A DNA stretch of 28,808 nt from a virus (taxonomy: Duplodnaviria; Caudoviricetes), in IMG/VR virus record IMGVR_UViG_3300032291_000398, positions 1 through 28,808 of that record. One strand, 5' to 3'. Shown one piece after another: positions 16,315-25,471 of the stretch; position 1 is the stretch's first letter, and each line of letters begins with the position of its first letter. The translations under genes and the position numbers were made by a program. The notes beneath the pieces were generated by a model. It was not told the origin of the DNA. It did no database searches and saw only the letters and a program-made list of their open reading frames with translations.

Positions 16315-17189
16315 GCTGGCAATAGTTTGTCTGCTCTAGTATTAACGGCTACTTTGTTTTTACCTACAGTTTTACCACGGGCTTTCTGCACACGATCCAT
16401 CATTGCGTAGAGCTTTCTTGCTCCCGCCTCCGTGCTTCCGTTACCGATTTCCGATACGATTCTAGCGGGTACCACAAACTCTCCATCAGCAAGCCTAGCA
16501 GGCTGACGATCACCAATAGAAGCAGGAATAGAATCAGATACGCCATCGCCGGGTCCTTTTAATAAACGCCCACCATCAGAATAACCGCCTAAGCTATACC
16601 CACCATCAGCCATACCACCTGCAGCGTAACCACCATAACCACCCTGCTGTGCGAGCTGTCGGTTCATACTAGCGTAAAAATCCTCTAATCCTAATTGTTG
16701 TTCTGGGGTACGTAATGGTTGTAACTTTATGTTTGGCACCATACTCATATCAGGGTTATCTGCAGTCTGTCCTTTTGGTATGTAAGGGTCTAATGCTGCT
16801 GGAGCCACATAAGGTTTTGCAGGTTCGCTTGGCGCAGTTTTGGCTGGCGCTGATGCCATAGGAGGTGGATTTCCTAGATACAGTTGACCGCTAGCAATTG
16901 GTACCCCCGGATTATAGCTAGAACCAGTGGCCCAAGGTGTTAAAGACCCACCAACATTATAACGAGCTACACCGCCACTAGCCATGCGGGCTTCACCACT
17001 ATATGGTTGGGTAGGCGTATCAAGACCAGCGTTGATTACATCGTTTTGTACAGGACGTTGCACCATTGGGTTAGAGTACATAGCGGTTTGTAATTGAGAC
17101 TGCGGGTACATAGTGTTACCACTTACCGAGTTCATAGCCGACATCTGCTCAACTTCACCGCCGATACCGTAACTATTAATTGACATCAA
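16311..17189 (-). CDS. Virion-associated hypothetical protein; possibly the C-terminal half of a gene starting at 18251
   Basis: Multiple [YM]xxGG motifs and GPGDGVSDSIPA...LADGEFVVPA. In frame with the upstream ORF across one TAG. Confidence 0.7.
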   Translation of the reverse strand: MMSINSYGIGGEVEQMSAMNSVSGNTMYPQSQLQTAMYSNPMVQRPVQNDVINAGLDTPTQPYSGEARMASGGVARYNVGGSLTPWATGSSYNPGVPIASGQLYLGNPPPMASAPAKTAPSEPAKPYVAPAALDPYIPKGQTADNPDMSMVPNIKLQPLRTPEQQLGLEDFYASMNRQLAQQGGYGGYAAGGMADGGYSLGGYSDGGRLLKGPGDGVSDSIPASIGDRQPARLADGEFVVPARIVSEIGNGSTEAGARKLYAMMDRVQKARGKTVGKNKVAVNTRADKLLPA

Positions 17190-17237
17190 GCCGCCTTCTT
17201 TAGCTATTCTTTCAATTGGGCGAGCGGTAAAACGAGG

Positions 17238-18251
17238 CTATACAAAGTATCTACGTTCCGCAGTTGACGCACTAGGAGTGTACGCATTTGGGTCTTGTTC
17301 TATAGAATAATCGTATGGACGTAGGTATGATGCGCTAGGTGCAGGTGCGCCCGTACCTTTATTTTGCATATCGCTCATTACACCCATGCCAGTAGCTAAT
17401 AAGCCATAGCCTGTGCCAGTTGGGGTTTTATCCCATACACCCTTTAAGCCTTCCCAACTATCAGTAGCTTTACCAAAACCAGCTTTAATATTATCAAAAG
17501 TAACAGGAGCGGTGTTTGTTGCCGCTGTCGTTGCCGCTTGTTGAACTGTATTTTTTGCTAGTTCTGTTGGGAGACCACTACCACCTTGTAAAAGGCTTTG
17601 AGCTACTGGTTTGCTTAATGCAACTTGGGTAGCTTGTGGGATATGTACAGTTGAAGGCACTCCCCCTGTATAAGAAGAAAGATTTGAAACCGTTATCGGT
17701 TGACTTAAACTAGCAGTTTGCGCCCCACCTAAAGCGCCAGAACCTGTCACAGTCGATGCACCCCCACCAAATACACCAGACGCATTAGGTATTACAGGAG
17801 CAGGACCTACGGCAGCTAAATTAGTAGCATTAGTAACATTAGCAGCATTAGCGGCATTAGTAGCATTAACGGCATTAGCGGCAGGAGCCGCAGCGCCAGC
17901 AGCAGATAGTCCAGAAGCTAGACCAGCACCGCCGTATGCGCCCAAGCCAGCCATCAGACCTTCTTTTAAACTACCTTTTGCTATGCCGAAGCCCGCGCCA
18001 GTTATGGCGGCAGCACCTAATGGTTGCATACCGGGAACTAACATTAAACCCGCACCAATAATAGTAGGTAGTAGTCGGCTTAGAAAGCCAGCTTCAGGAA
18101 GTCCGGTTTGAGGATTAATTGTCAAAGAACCACCATGCGCCATAGCGAGCGACTGCAACCCAGATACTTCTCTAGGAGTCATGTGGATTAGGACTTTGTC
18201 CTCGCCTCGTCCGGCGCTTTGTAAATGGTTGGCTAGGCTGTGCAGGCTCAT
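17238..18251 (-). CDS. Gly/Ala-rich internal virion-type protein; possibly the N-terminal half of a 646-codon gene
   Basis: AAAGGTG RBS-like site before the ATG. N-terminal GRGEDKVLIHMTPREV...TINPQTGLPEA, then hydrophobic Gly/Ala segments. Confidence 0.75.
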   Translation of the reverse strand: MSLHSLANHLQSAGRGEDKVLIHMTPREVSGLQSLAMAHGGSLTINPQTGLPEAGFLSRLLPTIIGAGLMLVPGMQPLGAAAITGAGFGIAKGSLKEGLMAGLGAYGGAGLASGLSAAGAAAPAANAVNATNAANAANVTNATNLAAVGPAPVIPNASGVFGGGASTVTGSGALGGAQTASLSQPITVSNLSSYTGGVPSTVHIPQATQVALSKPVAQSLLQGGSGLPTELAKNTVQQAATTAATNTAPVTFDNIKAGFGKATDSWEGLKGVWDKTPTGTGYGLLATGMGVMSDMQNKGTGAPAPSASYLRPYDYSIEQDPNAYTPSASTAERRYFV

Positions 18252-18287
18252 ATCGCACCTTTAAAGAATTTTGTCAATGATAGCATT

Positions 18288-18623
18288 TTATCCAACTTTC
18301 CAGTTAGTTCCATCTGAGTAAACAGGCACTTTTCCTGACCCACCCCCAGCAACCGTACTGCCAAAAGTTGAAACAGACGAGTCGGTTACAAAAGCTCTAG
18401 CCCCTACCCCAGAAGTTACGGCACTAGGTAAATCCGCTACGGCAGCAACACTACCTAAAGAAAGCTGCCCAATTAAGTTATCTATCTGGTTAAAGTATTG
18501 GCGTAAGATGTTGTGAGTAGTGTCTGTATACCCACGGTCGTACTCAACCGGCGCTGAAGGAAAGGCGGGGTTCTTTGTCTTTGTTAATTCCGTAGAATTT
18601 GTAACAATAAGGCTTGTGGTCAT
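18288..18623 (-). CDS. Small tail-associated hypothetical protein
   Basis: ATGA overlap with the nozzle gene. PSAPVEYD...LRQYFNQID followed by a fibre-like C-terminus ending PVYSDGTNWKVG. Confidence 0.7.
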   Translation of the reverse strand: MTTSLIVTNSTELTKTKNPAFPSAPVEYDRGYTDTTHNILRQYFNQIDNLIGQLSLGSVAAVADLPSAVTSGVGARAFVTDSSVSTFGSTVAGGGSGKVPVYSDGTNWKVG

Positions 18624-21196
18624 CGTCTGCCATCCGGTTTAACGTCCATACGAGGCGTACCTAACTGCCATTGTGTGCCCGGAGTGTCTGACTCAATCCT
18701 AAGCGCCATCTGTCTACCACGCACCCGTGTATAAATAATCTCAGTAAATTCTTGAACATTATATGTACGCACGTTGCCTTTGTAAGTTTGCGGTGGTGTT
18801 GCAGATACAGTCGGCGAATTAGTTACGCCATATCCTGAACCGGGGTTTTGTTTAGGGCGTAACGTAAACTTAACTTGAGGCTGGTCAGTGGTGTTGTTTG
18901 TATCAGACCCGTTAAAAGTAATGTCAGGCAGCATACGCCATACAAACCCATAGTTATGTCCATCACCAATATCAAAGTCAGCGGTTTCAATATGCGCGGG
19001 TATAGCACTTGGTGGGTTAGTTAAACCATCGTCAACCGCAGCTTCGTGGTACACAATTTGATTTGTTGATGTTGCAGCCATTGGGAACTGACGTAGTGGA
19101 CTATCCAACCAAGCAGTACGATTCATCTTGCCGTAATACCATACACGATCAAGGTAGTTAAATATAACGTAGCGGTCAATAATTATATTAGGGTCATCAA
19201 CGGTGTTAGTGCCGTTTGGTCCAGTAGCCGAGCAATAGAACCACCATATCTCACTAAACGCTTCGTTTGTACCTGCAAAAATTTGCTCAAGCTGACCACG
19301 ATTTATGTCGTCAAATACATATGAACGTATTGCGCAAGGTAAGGTTTCTACACGGCCAGAGTAAGCATAGAATTTATCTGTACCCATCCAGTAAGTAACA
19401 CCAGCCGCAGTAGCTGCAGCATTAGGCGAAGCGATAGAAACATTATCCGCAAGTAATGTAAAACCCCATACAAAAGGTGGCCCTAAGTACTGCATGGCAT
19501 AAATAGCAGAGTTAGTCCAAACAACAATTTCCTGACGAGTCTGTAATGCACTAACAATCTGTGATCCGTGAGATAAACGGTAGAAGCCCGCTTGGTTTTC
19601 TGGGCGTATAGTCCAGTCGGTGTAGCTTTCTTGTGCCGTCCAACGAACTAACATCGGGTCAAGTACTGCACTGTTGTAGTCGTTACAACCAAATGCAATA
19701 ACAATACGTGACGAGTCAGAAACTAAAATTTGATTAATTACAACAGGCGCATCTGAAGTACCTGCAAATGCAACCCCCGAGGCTGTAGCGGTTGCCGCTA
19801 TGCTTAACACATAAGTACCTGTTGCTCCAGTACCTGTACCAAATGCAGCAATCGTTGCGCCTACTGGAATACCTGCACCTGCTACCTCCATACCTATATG
19901 TATAGCACCTTCGTACACATCTGTAACTGTTATGGTTGTGTTTGTATTAGTAGTTGTAACTAGCCCATCAAATATCCCCACTGCACGTGATGGGTTAGCG
20001 GTACTAAAATCTGGGAATAATCCGGGACCCGGACCCCAATGGTATAACGTACCGCCTCGTGGATTAAATAGTATATCTTGACCAAAATTACTTTGGCTCC
20101 ATAAACGTAGGGATGTGTTAGCTGTTGTAGAAGAAGACTCTCCCCAACCAGTGTAACTTGAAGCATCTTCTACGTTGGCATTATTGCTATGTGATGCGGC
20201 TACAGTACCATCTCTACCACGTAAACATCCAGTAAACGTAGTAGCTGTTGTGCCTGTATACGTTATAAGTTCTTGGTCGATTAATAGGGTGCCCGGAGTT
20301 CCTATCGATCCTGCGGGGAATCCAGTAGTAGACAGCACTGTTATTGTGGATGTAGACGCATTAATACCACCAAGAATATTAATTTTAGTTGTCTCAACGT
20401 TTGTAACTACGCCACCCCAAAGACCTGCACCCCAACCTGTTTGTGTAGAGCCTACGTCACTCGCAATATTTAATTGGTACGCTGCTTGTACAGTGCCACC
20501 GCCCGCAACCCTAATAGTAGTAGAGTCAACGTTTTGTGTTGGGCTAATTGTCCAAGAAGAACCACTACCACCTGTAATTGTTGTTCCTGCTGCTACCCCT
20601 GCACCTGATATGGTTTGCCCTATTGCAATAGTTCCAAAGTCAACAGCAGATACCGTCATCGTGGTACTGGCAATAGAAGCAGTAAAAGTAACAACAGTGG
20701 TTGCGGCTGTCTCTACTACGATTGAATAACTGTTTGAATCTATATAAGTTATTTCGTGTTCGCGGTTAAAGTCACCAGTAGGTATCCCTGCAAACCCAGT
20801 AGCGCCAGAAAAAGTAACAGTATCCCCAGTAATAGCCCCATGATTAGCATCGGCAACAATAACAACTCTTGACCCGTTAGTAGCCGTAAATGGGTTGGTT
20901 AGCGTAGCAAACTGTCGTATTGGTGTTACATCGTTGTATTCTTCACCCAGTTCAATATAGAACTTAGAAGACGTACCAATACCTAGCATGTCATAGCCAG
21001 CTAGCGTTATCCAATTCCATAAAGAACGTGCAGTACCTATATACGTGGTATTAGTAAGCAGTCGCCAACCACCTATCTTTTCAGGATAGCCAGAACGGAA
21101 TCGCACCTTGTCACAGTCGAACCAACCACCCTCGTTAGAGAGCGAAGTGCCTTCTCGGTTAACCCCGGGGCGAAACTGAAGTTTTTGTAGAGGCAT
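18620..21196 (-). CDS. Tail nozzle/stabilisation protein (P22 gp10 / T7 gp12-like) with several inserted beta domains
   Basis: N-terminal LQFRPGVNRE...DKVRFRSGYPEKIGGW, propeller-like W/Y-rich repeats (LVRWT, EIWWFY, WYYG) and C-terminal RVRGRQMALRIES...PDGRR. Directly upstream of the ejection genes. Confidence 0.75.
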   Translation of the reverse strand: MPLQKLQFRPGVNREGTSLSNEGGWFDCDKVRFRSGYPEKIGGWRLLTNTTYIGTARSLWNWITLAGYDMLGIGTSSKFYIELGEEYNDVTPIRQFATLTNPFTATNGSRVVIVADANHGAITGDTVTFSGATGFAGIPTGDFNREHEITYIDSNSYSIVVETAATTVVTFTASIASTTMTVSAVDFGTIAIGQTISGAGVAAGTTITGGSGSSWTISPTQNVDSTTIRVAGGGTVQAAYQLNIASDVGSTQTGWGAGLWGGVVTNVETTKINILGGINASTSTITVLSTTGFPAGSIGTPGTLLIDQELITYTGTTATTFTGCLRGRDGTVAASHSNNANVEDASSYTGWGESSSTTANTSLRLWSQSNFGQDILFNPRGGTLYHWGPGPGLFPDFSTANPSRAVGIFDGLVTTTNTNTTITVTDVYEGAIHIGMEVAGAGIPVGATIAAFGTGTGATGTYVLSIAATATASGVAFAGTSDAPVVINQILVSDSSRIVIAFGCNDYNSAVLDPMLVRWTAQESYTDWTIRPENQAGFYRLSHGSQIVSALQTRQEIVVWTNSAIYAMQYLGPPFVWGFTLLADNVSIASPNAAATAAGVTYWMGTDKFYAYSGRVETLPCAIRSYVFDDINRGQLEQIFAGTNEAFSEIWWFYCSATGPNGTNTVDDPNIIIDRYVIFNYLDRVWYYGKMNRTAWLDSPLRQFPMAATSTNQIVYHEAAVDDGLTNPPSAIPAHIETADFDIGDGHNYGFVWRMLPDITFNGSDTNNTTDQPQVKFTLRPKQNPGSGYGVTNSPTVSATPPQTYKGNVRTYNVQEFTEIIYTRVRGRQMALRIESDTPGTQWQLGTPRMDVKPDGRR

Positions 21197-21204
21197 CTTT
21201 TCTA

Positions 21205-22029
21205 CTATTCATAAAGAATATTAATTGAACCTGCATCTAATGTGTCTGTGCCGTTTACTGTAGTAATGCGGACACGATCAAGAGTTGCTGATAGTGCTTT
21301 TGTCCCTGCTGTTATAATTAACGCTGATGCTGTAGTTAATGATATGTTACCGGATACTGACCAAAGATTTGTAGTGGAATCTAATAAAGTAAAAACAACA
21401 CTACCACTTCTAACCGTACCAAGTGCTGCAGTGCTTGCTGTATCTAAAGGAACTCCATTAACAGCAGAATATGCAGCGTATGTTGAAGCGTATTCAGTTG
21501 AGCCAGAATATTCTGTAGTTTCAATACCGCCTGAATCACCTAATCGAACCACTACTATCGAACCGCCACTTGTACTAAAACCTTGCAACATCAGAGTAAT
21601 ACGTTTAGTGGTAGGAGGTATATTTAAAAAATCTACGCCAACAATTGTAATTGCCCCACTTACTGCGCCTGTTGCTGGGAGGCTTACTGTATAAGTACCC
21701 GCACCGCCCGGAGTACCTGTTAGTTGCGCAAGAATAGTTGTACCTGTAGCTACATTTGTACCGGCAATAACTTGCCCAATTTGAATAGTACCGGCTGAAG
21801 GAGCGCCTGCAGTTAATACCGTACCACCGCTATCAATAGAACCACTAAACGTCGTCGTTGCTGCGGATATTACAGTGCCTGATCTAATGAGACCGCCGCC
21901 GTTAGCGTTTATAAGACCTGTGACTGTGAGGTTTCCCGTTACTGAAGAGTTACCCGTTACTGTTTCGTTGCCGTTAACGGTCTCGGCTGGTGTAATAATG
22001 CCTGTGGTTCCGCTTAAAGATATAGTCAT
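21205..22029 (-). CDS. Tail fibre-like protein
   Basis: Thr/Gly/Ser-rich. VNGNETVTGNSSVTGNLTVTG repeats. C-terminal domain DFLNIP...LDRVRITTVNGTDTLDAGSINILYE. AAGGA RBS. Confidence 0.75.
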   Translation of the reverse strand: MTISLSGTTGIITPAETVNGNETVTGNSSVTGNLTVTGLINANGGGLIRSGTVISAATTTFSGSIDSGGTVLTAGAPSAGTIQIGQVIAGTNVATGTTILAQLTGTPGGAGTYTVSLPATGAVSGAITIVGVDFLNIPPTTKRITLMLQGFSTSGGSIVVVRLGDSGGIETTEYSGSTEYASTYAAYSAVNGVPLDTASTAALGTVRSGSVVFTLLDSTTNLWSVSGNISLTTASALIITAGTKALSATLDRVRITTVNGTDTLDAGSINILYE

Positions 22030-22038
22030 AGTTGTTCC

Positions 22039-22812
22039 TTAGTATTTAATGCAGACCATTAAAGAAGCGTTAACTGGGCGTATTTCGTTTGCTACAGGTA
22101 CTTGTACTCCGGAGTCAAGATTTATATCAAGACCAGAATTACCGCCAGACCCAACACCAATGTTACCTCCTGATGAGCCTGTAACACTAAGTGCGCCAGT
22201 AGTAGTGAATGTAGTACCAGCAGCGGTATTTACTTTTCCTATATTTGTAACGCCACCTGTTATTCTTCTACTAGCATCGTTTTGTGGAGAACCGATAGCA
22301 CGACCTGCATCTGGTACTGAAGCTGTAAGTGTGGTTGATGTTACTGATTGTACTGCTCCTGATACTGTGTACGTGCCTATACCACCAGTAGTACCACCAG
22401 TTTGCGCAATAATAGTAGTACCTGCGGCTGTAGTACCGCCTGTTATCACCTGCCCTATGCGCAGTGTGCCGGTAGGTTGGGTGGTTACGGTTAAAATATT
22501 ACCCGCTGCAGGTGTTGGGGTACCAACATTATTAATAGTACCTGTAAACGTAGCAACAGTAGGGGTAGCACTTGGCCAAGCACGTAAGAATTGACCTCGG
22601 AAGTCTGGCAAATTAAATGTAGTAGAGCCATTACCTGTGCCGTATGTAGTACCAATAGCTGCAAATAATTCAGGATAGTTTGCTCTAAGTATTGCTGCGC
22701 CGTTACACTGAAACCAACCTTGAGGCGCTGTTGTGTTAGCAAAATACATAACCATACCGGCAGGTAGTGTGCCAATGATTGATCCAGTTGATCCGTTAAT
22801 TGTTAATGACAT
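22039..22812 (-). CDS. Phage tail collar domain protein
   Basis: PAGMVMYFA...APQGWFQCNG...YPELFAAIGTTYG...TFNLPDFRGQFLR and C-terminal EIRPVNASLMVCIKY. Confidence 0.92.
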   Translation of the reverse strand: MSLTINGSTGSIIGTLPAGMVMYFANTTAPQGWFQCNGAAILRANYPELFAAIGTTYGTGNGSTTFNLPDFRGQFLRAWPSATPTVATFTGTINNVGTPTPAAGNILTVTTQPTGTLRIGQVITGGTTAAGTTIIAQTGGTTGGIGTYTVSGAVQSVTSTTLTASVPDAGRAIGSPQNDASRRITGGVTNIGKVNTAAGTTFTTTGALSVTGSSGGNIGVGSGGNSGLDINLDSGVQVPVANEIRPVNASLMVCIKY

Positions 22813-22821
22813 GTTTTATCC

Positions 22822-23286
22822 TTAATGACCAATAGCTATTATGTACCCTGCTGGGCTACCAGCAAATTGAGCAACTGATACTGATGTCGTTGAAATAGCT
22901 GATATATACTGGTTATCAGTGGAGCCACCGTTGCTTGTTGACCCAAAAGCTGCAGCAAATACAGCATTAGGAAACGGAATTGCCCATGAACGTGTACCCC
23001 CACCCGATGGCAACCACTGAATAATCAACCCACCGGGGAACTTTTGATAACCAGTAGCAGTGAGGCTATTTTGAAAACCCGCTGTAGTGGCTACAGGTGA
23101 ACCATTAGCTGTAATAGCCCCAACTACCGTCAACGCAGCAGCAAGCGTAGCATTCTGTGAAGCATCCAAAGTTAATGCTGTAGTACCACCAGCAAGTTGA
23201 CCCGTCCTAAATTCTAAAATGCCAGTTTGGTCAGGGGTAGTTGTATACCCGTTAACTGTGCTACCTGCTTTAATAATATTTGCCAT
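22822..23286 (-). CDS. Short tail fibre protein with gp53-like C-terminal domain
   Basis: GYQKFPGGLIIQW...IPFPNA...YIIAIGH signature. Confidence 0.8.
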   Translation of the reverse strand: MANIIKAGSTVNGYTTTPDQTGILEFRTGQLAGGTTALTLDASQNATLAAALTVVGAITANGSPVATTAGFQNSLTATGYQKFPGGLIIQWLPSGGGTRSWAIPFPNAVFAAAFGSTSNGGSTDNQYISAISTTSVSVAQFAGSPAGYIIAIGH

Positions 23287-23289
23287 GTC

Positions 23290-24525
23290 TTACCCCAAGA
23301 TTACCCAGTTAGATGTGGTCGGTACAGTTACTACAACCTCCGATGTAACTGTTGAACCCGAAACCCCTGTTGAATTTTGATTAAGAGTGTATGTACCTGC
23401 GCCACCTGTACCAGTACCAAACCCAGTCACTATAGTGCCAACAGAAACATTATTCCCCGCAAGTGGTGCGCCTATATATAGAGCGCCTGTAATTGGATTT
23501 GCCCCTGAAATGGTTAGAGTAAAAACTCCACCTACGTTAGTAATTGACCCTATAGCGCTAAACGAAGTAATAGTAACCGGACCTGTAGTCATAGCGTTTT
23601 TATTTGCGCTTATTGAATAGCTTGCAGTTATGTTCTGGTCGTTCTCGTAGAATACTTGGTTAGCACCGCCACCTGTTGCGCCACCACCGATAGTGCTCCA
23701 TGTAGAAGCGTTAATGTCGTAGCCTTCATAGCGAGACAGAGTGGTGTTGTAGCGGATACCTGTACCAGTACGTTGCGCTGTTGTACCTGCTGGAGTAGCC
23801 AAACTACCTGTACCACCAAACGCGCCGTTACCACCAAATGTAGCATCACTACCTACCGCTAACGTACCTTGCGCAATTAAATCTCCAGCTACATTATTTA
23901 AAGACTCAAATAAACTTGTGCCTGTAGAGAAGAACGTCATTGTTGCACTTGGCGGTATTCTTAATGCTGCGTACATACTTACCTGTGGAGTTACTGCTTG
24001 GCTAACACTAACTCTATATTGGCCATCCCCGCCGGGGGTTCCATTTAACTGTGAAACAATTCTTGTATTAGCTGCTACAGAAGAACCTGCTACGCTAGCA
24101 ATGTTTAACCCTGCTGATAACAGTACGCCAGCGCTTACCGAAATAACGGTCATTGTAGTATCAGCTATGGTGGCACTAAATGTTTGCGCAGGGGCTGTGG
24201 TGTTTGGGGTAGTTGCTACAGCTATATAAGCGCTGTAGTTTGAAGAGTTAACCATCGTATATGATTTTGTATACGGCGGCACAAACACACGGAAGTCTGT
24301 AGAAAGCGTACTAAGTAATCTAAAGTTTGCGTTTCTAAATTCGGCACTTTCACCATCCGCAACTACAAGAGACGCTGGGGAAGAGGTAACTGTTTTAGAG
24401 GTATACCCCACAATCGCCTGTTCAATTAGCGTACCTAAATTAAGGTTGGTTGTATTGCCCCATGTACCAGCTTGTTCGCCAGTCCCAATCAGGGTAATAC
24501 GTAGGTTGTTTGAAGGTGTTGGCAT
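23290..24525 (-). CDS. Tail fibre protein (probable proximal/adaptor segment)
   Basis: N-terminal GEQAGTWGNTTNLN, PAGTTAQR...IRYNTT...EGY motif, and C-terminal FYEND...NAMTTGP...VTVP...WVIL. Confidence 0.75.
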   Translation of the reverse strand: MPTPSNNLRITLIGTGEQAGTWGNTTNLNLGTLIEQAIVGYTSKTVTSSPASLVVADGESAEFRNANFRLLSTLSTDFRVFVPPYTKSYTMVNSSNYSAYIAVATTPNTTAPAQTFSATIADTTMTVISVSAGVLLSAGLNIASVAGSSVAANTRIVSQLNGTPGGDGQYRVSVSQAVTPQVSMYAALRIPPSATMTFFSTGTSLFESLNNVAGDLIAQGTLAVGSDATFGGNGAFGGTGSLATPAGTTAQRTGTGIRYNTTLSRYEGYDINASTWSTIGGGATGGGANQVFYENDQNITASYSISANKNAMTTGPVTITSFSAIGSITNVGGVFTLTISGANPITGALYIGAPLAGNNVSVGTIVTGFGTGTGGAGTYTLNQNSTGVSGSTVTSEVVVTVPTTSNWVILG

Positions 24526-24527
24526 GG

Positions 24528-24974
24528 TTAATCCTTAGCACTTGGGAACGGTCTTGTCCCAGCTTTATCAATAATTAGCGCCATTTTACGGGGCTTTTCA
24601 TCTTTTGTATTCGATATACTAACATGTGTCCAGCTATCAAATTCGCGTATAACTTGGTCGTAGGGTAACCCTGCTTTAATTATCGCTTTGACAACTTGAT
24701 CAGGTGTCATACCCTTTACTTTAAGGTCTGCTGCAACCCCACGGCAATGCTGGCTGGTTGATTTTCCACCCACTTTTTGGTTTACTTCGGGACTGCGATA
24801 CCCAGAACTAATGCGTAATGGCATACCTACAGCGGTACGCACATCCTCTAGGAATAACGCCAAACGTCTGAGGTTCATTAATACATCATTATTGGGGGTA
24901 TTGTCAATGCCATGCCGCTCCGCTGTCTCACTCGCGGTCATTTCCTCTAGGGTAAAGTTAGGGGATAAGTTCAT
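24528..24974 (-). CDS. Endolysin, peptidase M15A family
   Basis: LSPNFTLEE, SSGYRS, SQHCRGVAAD (H-x6-D) and WTHVS zinc-ligand motifs. Confidence 0.92.
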   Translation of the reverse strand: MNLSPNFTLEEMTASETAERHGIDNTPNNDVLMNLRRLALFLEDVRTAVGMPLRISSGYRSPEVNQKVGGKSTSQHCRGVAADLKVKGMTPDQVVKAIIKAGLPYDQVIREFDSWTHVSISNTKDEKPRKMALIIDKAGTRPFPSAKD

Positions 24975-25471
24975 TTTTTAAGCGCCATTAGTTCTGACTT
25001 ATCTTTGCTGCCTTGGGATGAGCCAAAGTAATAAGAGAGAATCTGTGTCACCGCCGCAGACAACACACCCAGTATGTAGATCAGAATGTCTTTAGCTTCA
25101 GGACGCACATCTACAAAAATCAAAATAGCAAACAGAATAAATGATGCAAGCACTACAAATATAGCCAGTGCTGGGGTTATGATCTTATTAATTAGCGGTA
25201 CGTTCTCGTTAGAGGCAATATCAACCTCGCGCTTACGCGCACTATCTCTGTCTTTTACTTCTTGTTCGAACATAAACTCTTCATGCTTCATCGCTGCTTC
25301 TTTAAGAGACAAGAGTTTTTCTTCAGATAGTTTACCGTCAGGACCCGGAGTTAAAGTTATGCCGAGCTTTTCTTCGACAACATCAACACCTTTGTCTAAT
25401 ACAGCGTCAACGACTTTCTGCATGCCTGCGCCAGCGAGCTGGGTTAGGATTGGTACGAGTAGTGGCAACAT
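24971..25471 (-). CDS. Putative holin
   Basis: RDSARKRE, two clear TM segments and a YYFGSS motif. ATGA overlap with the endolysin. Confidence 0.75.
   Translation of the reverse strand: MLPLLVPILTQLAGAGMQKVVDAVLDKGVDVVEEKLGITLTPGPDGKLSEEKLLSLKEAAMKHEEFMFEQEVKDRDSARKREVDIASNENVPLINKIITPALAIFVVLASFILFAILIFVDVRPEAKDILIYILGVLSAAVTQILSYYFGSSQGSKDKSELMALKK

Noticed and set aside
17815-17885. Degenerate GCATTA-type repeats, considered as an array
   Set aside because: They encode the low-complexity ANAVNATNAANAANVTNATN linker. There is no spacer structure, so this is not CRISPR-like.
18252-18290. TTGACA and TAAAAT on the - strand upstream of the 18251 gene
   Set aside because: The boxes are in the wrong order (TAAAAT precedes TTGACA), and there is no good -10 at 17 nt from TTGACA. 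A promoter may exist here but cannot be supported.
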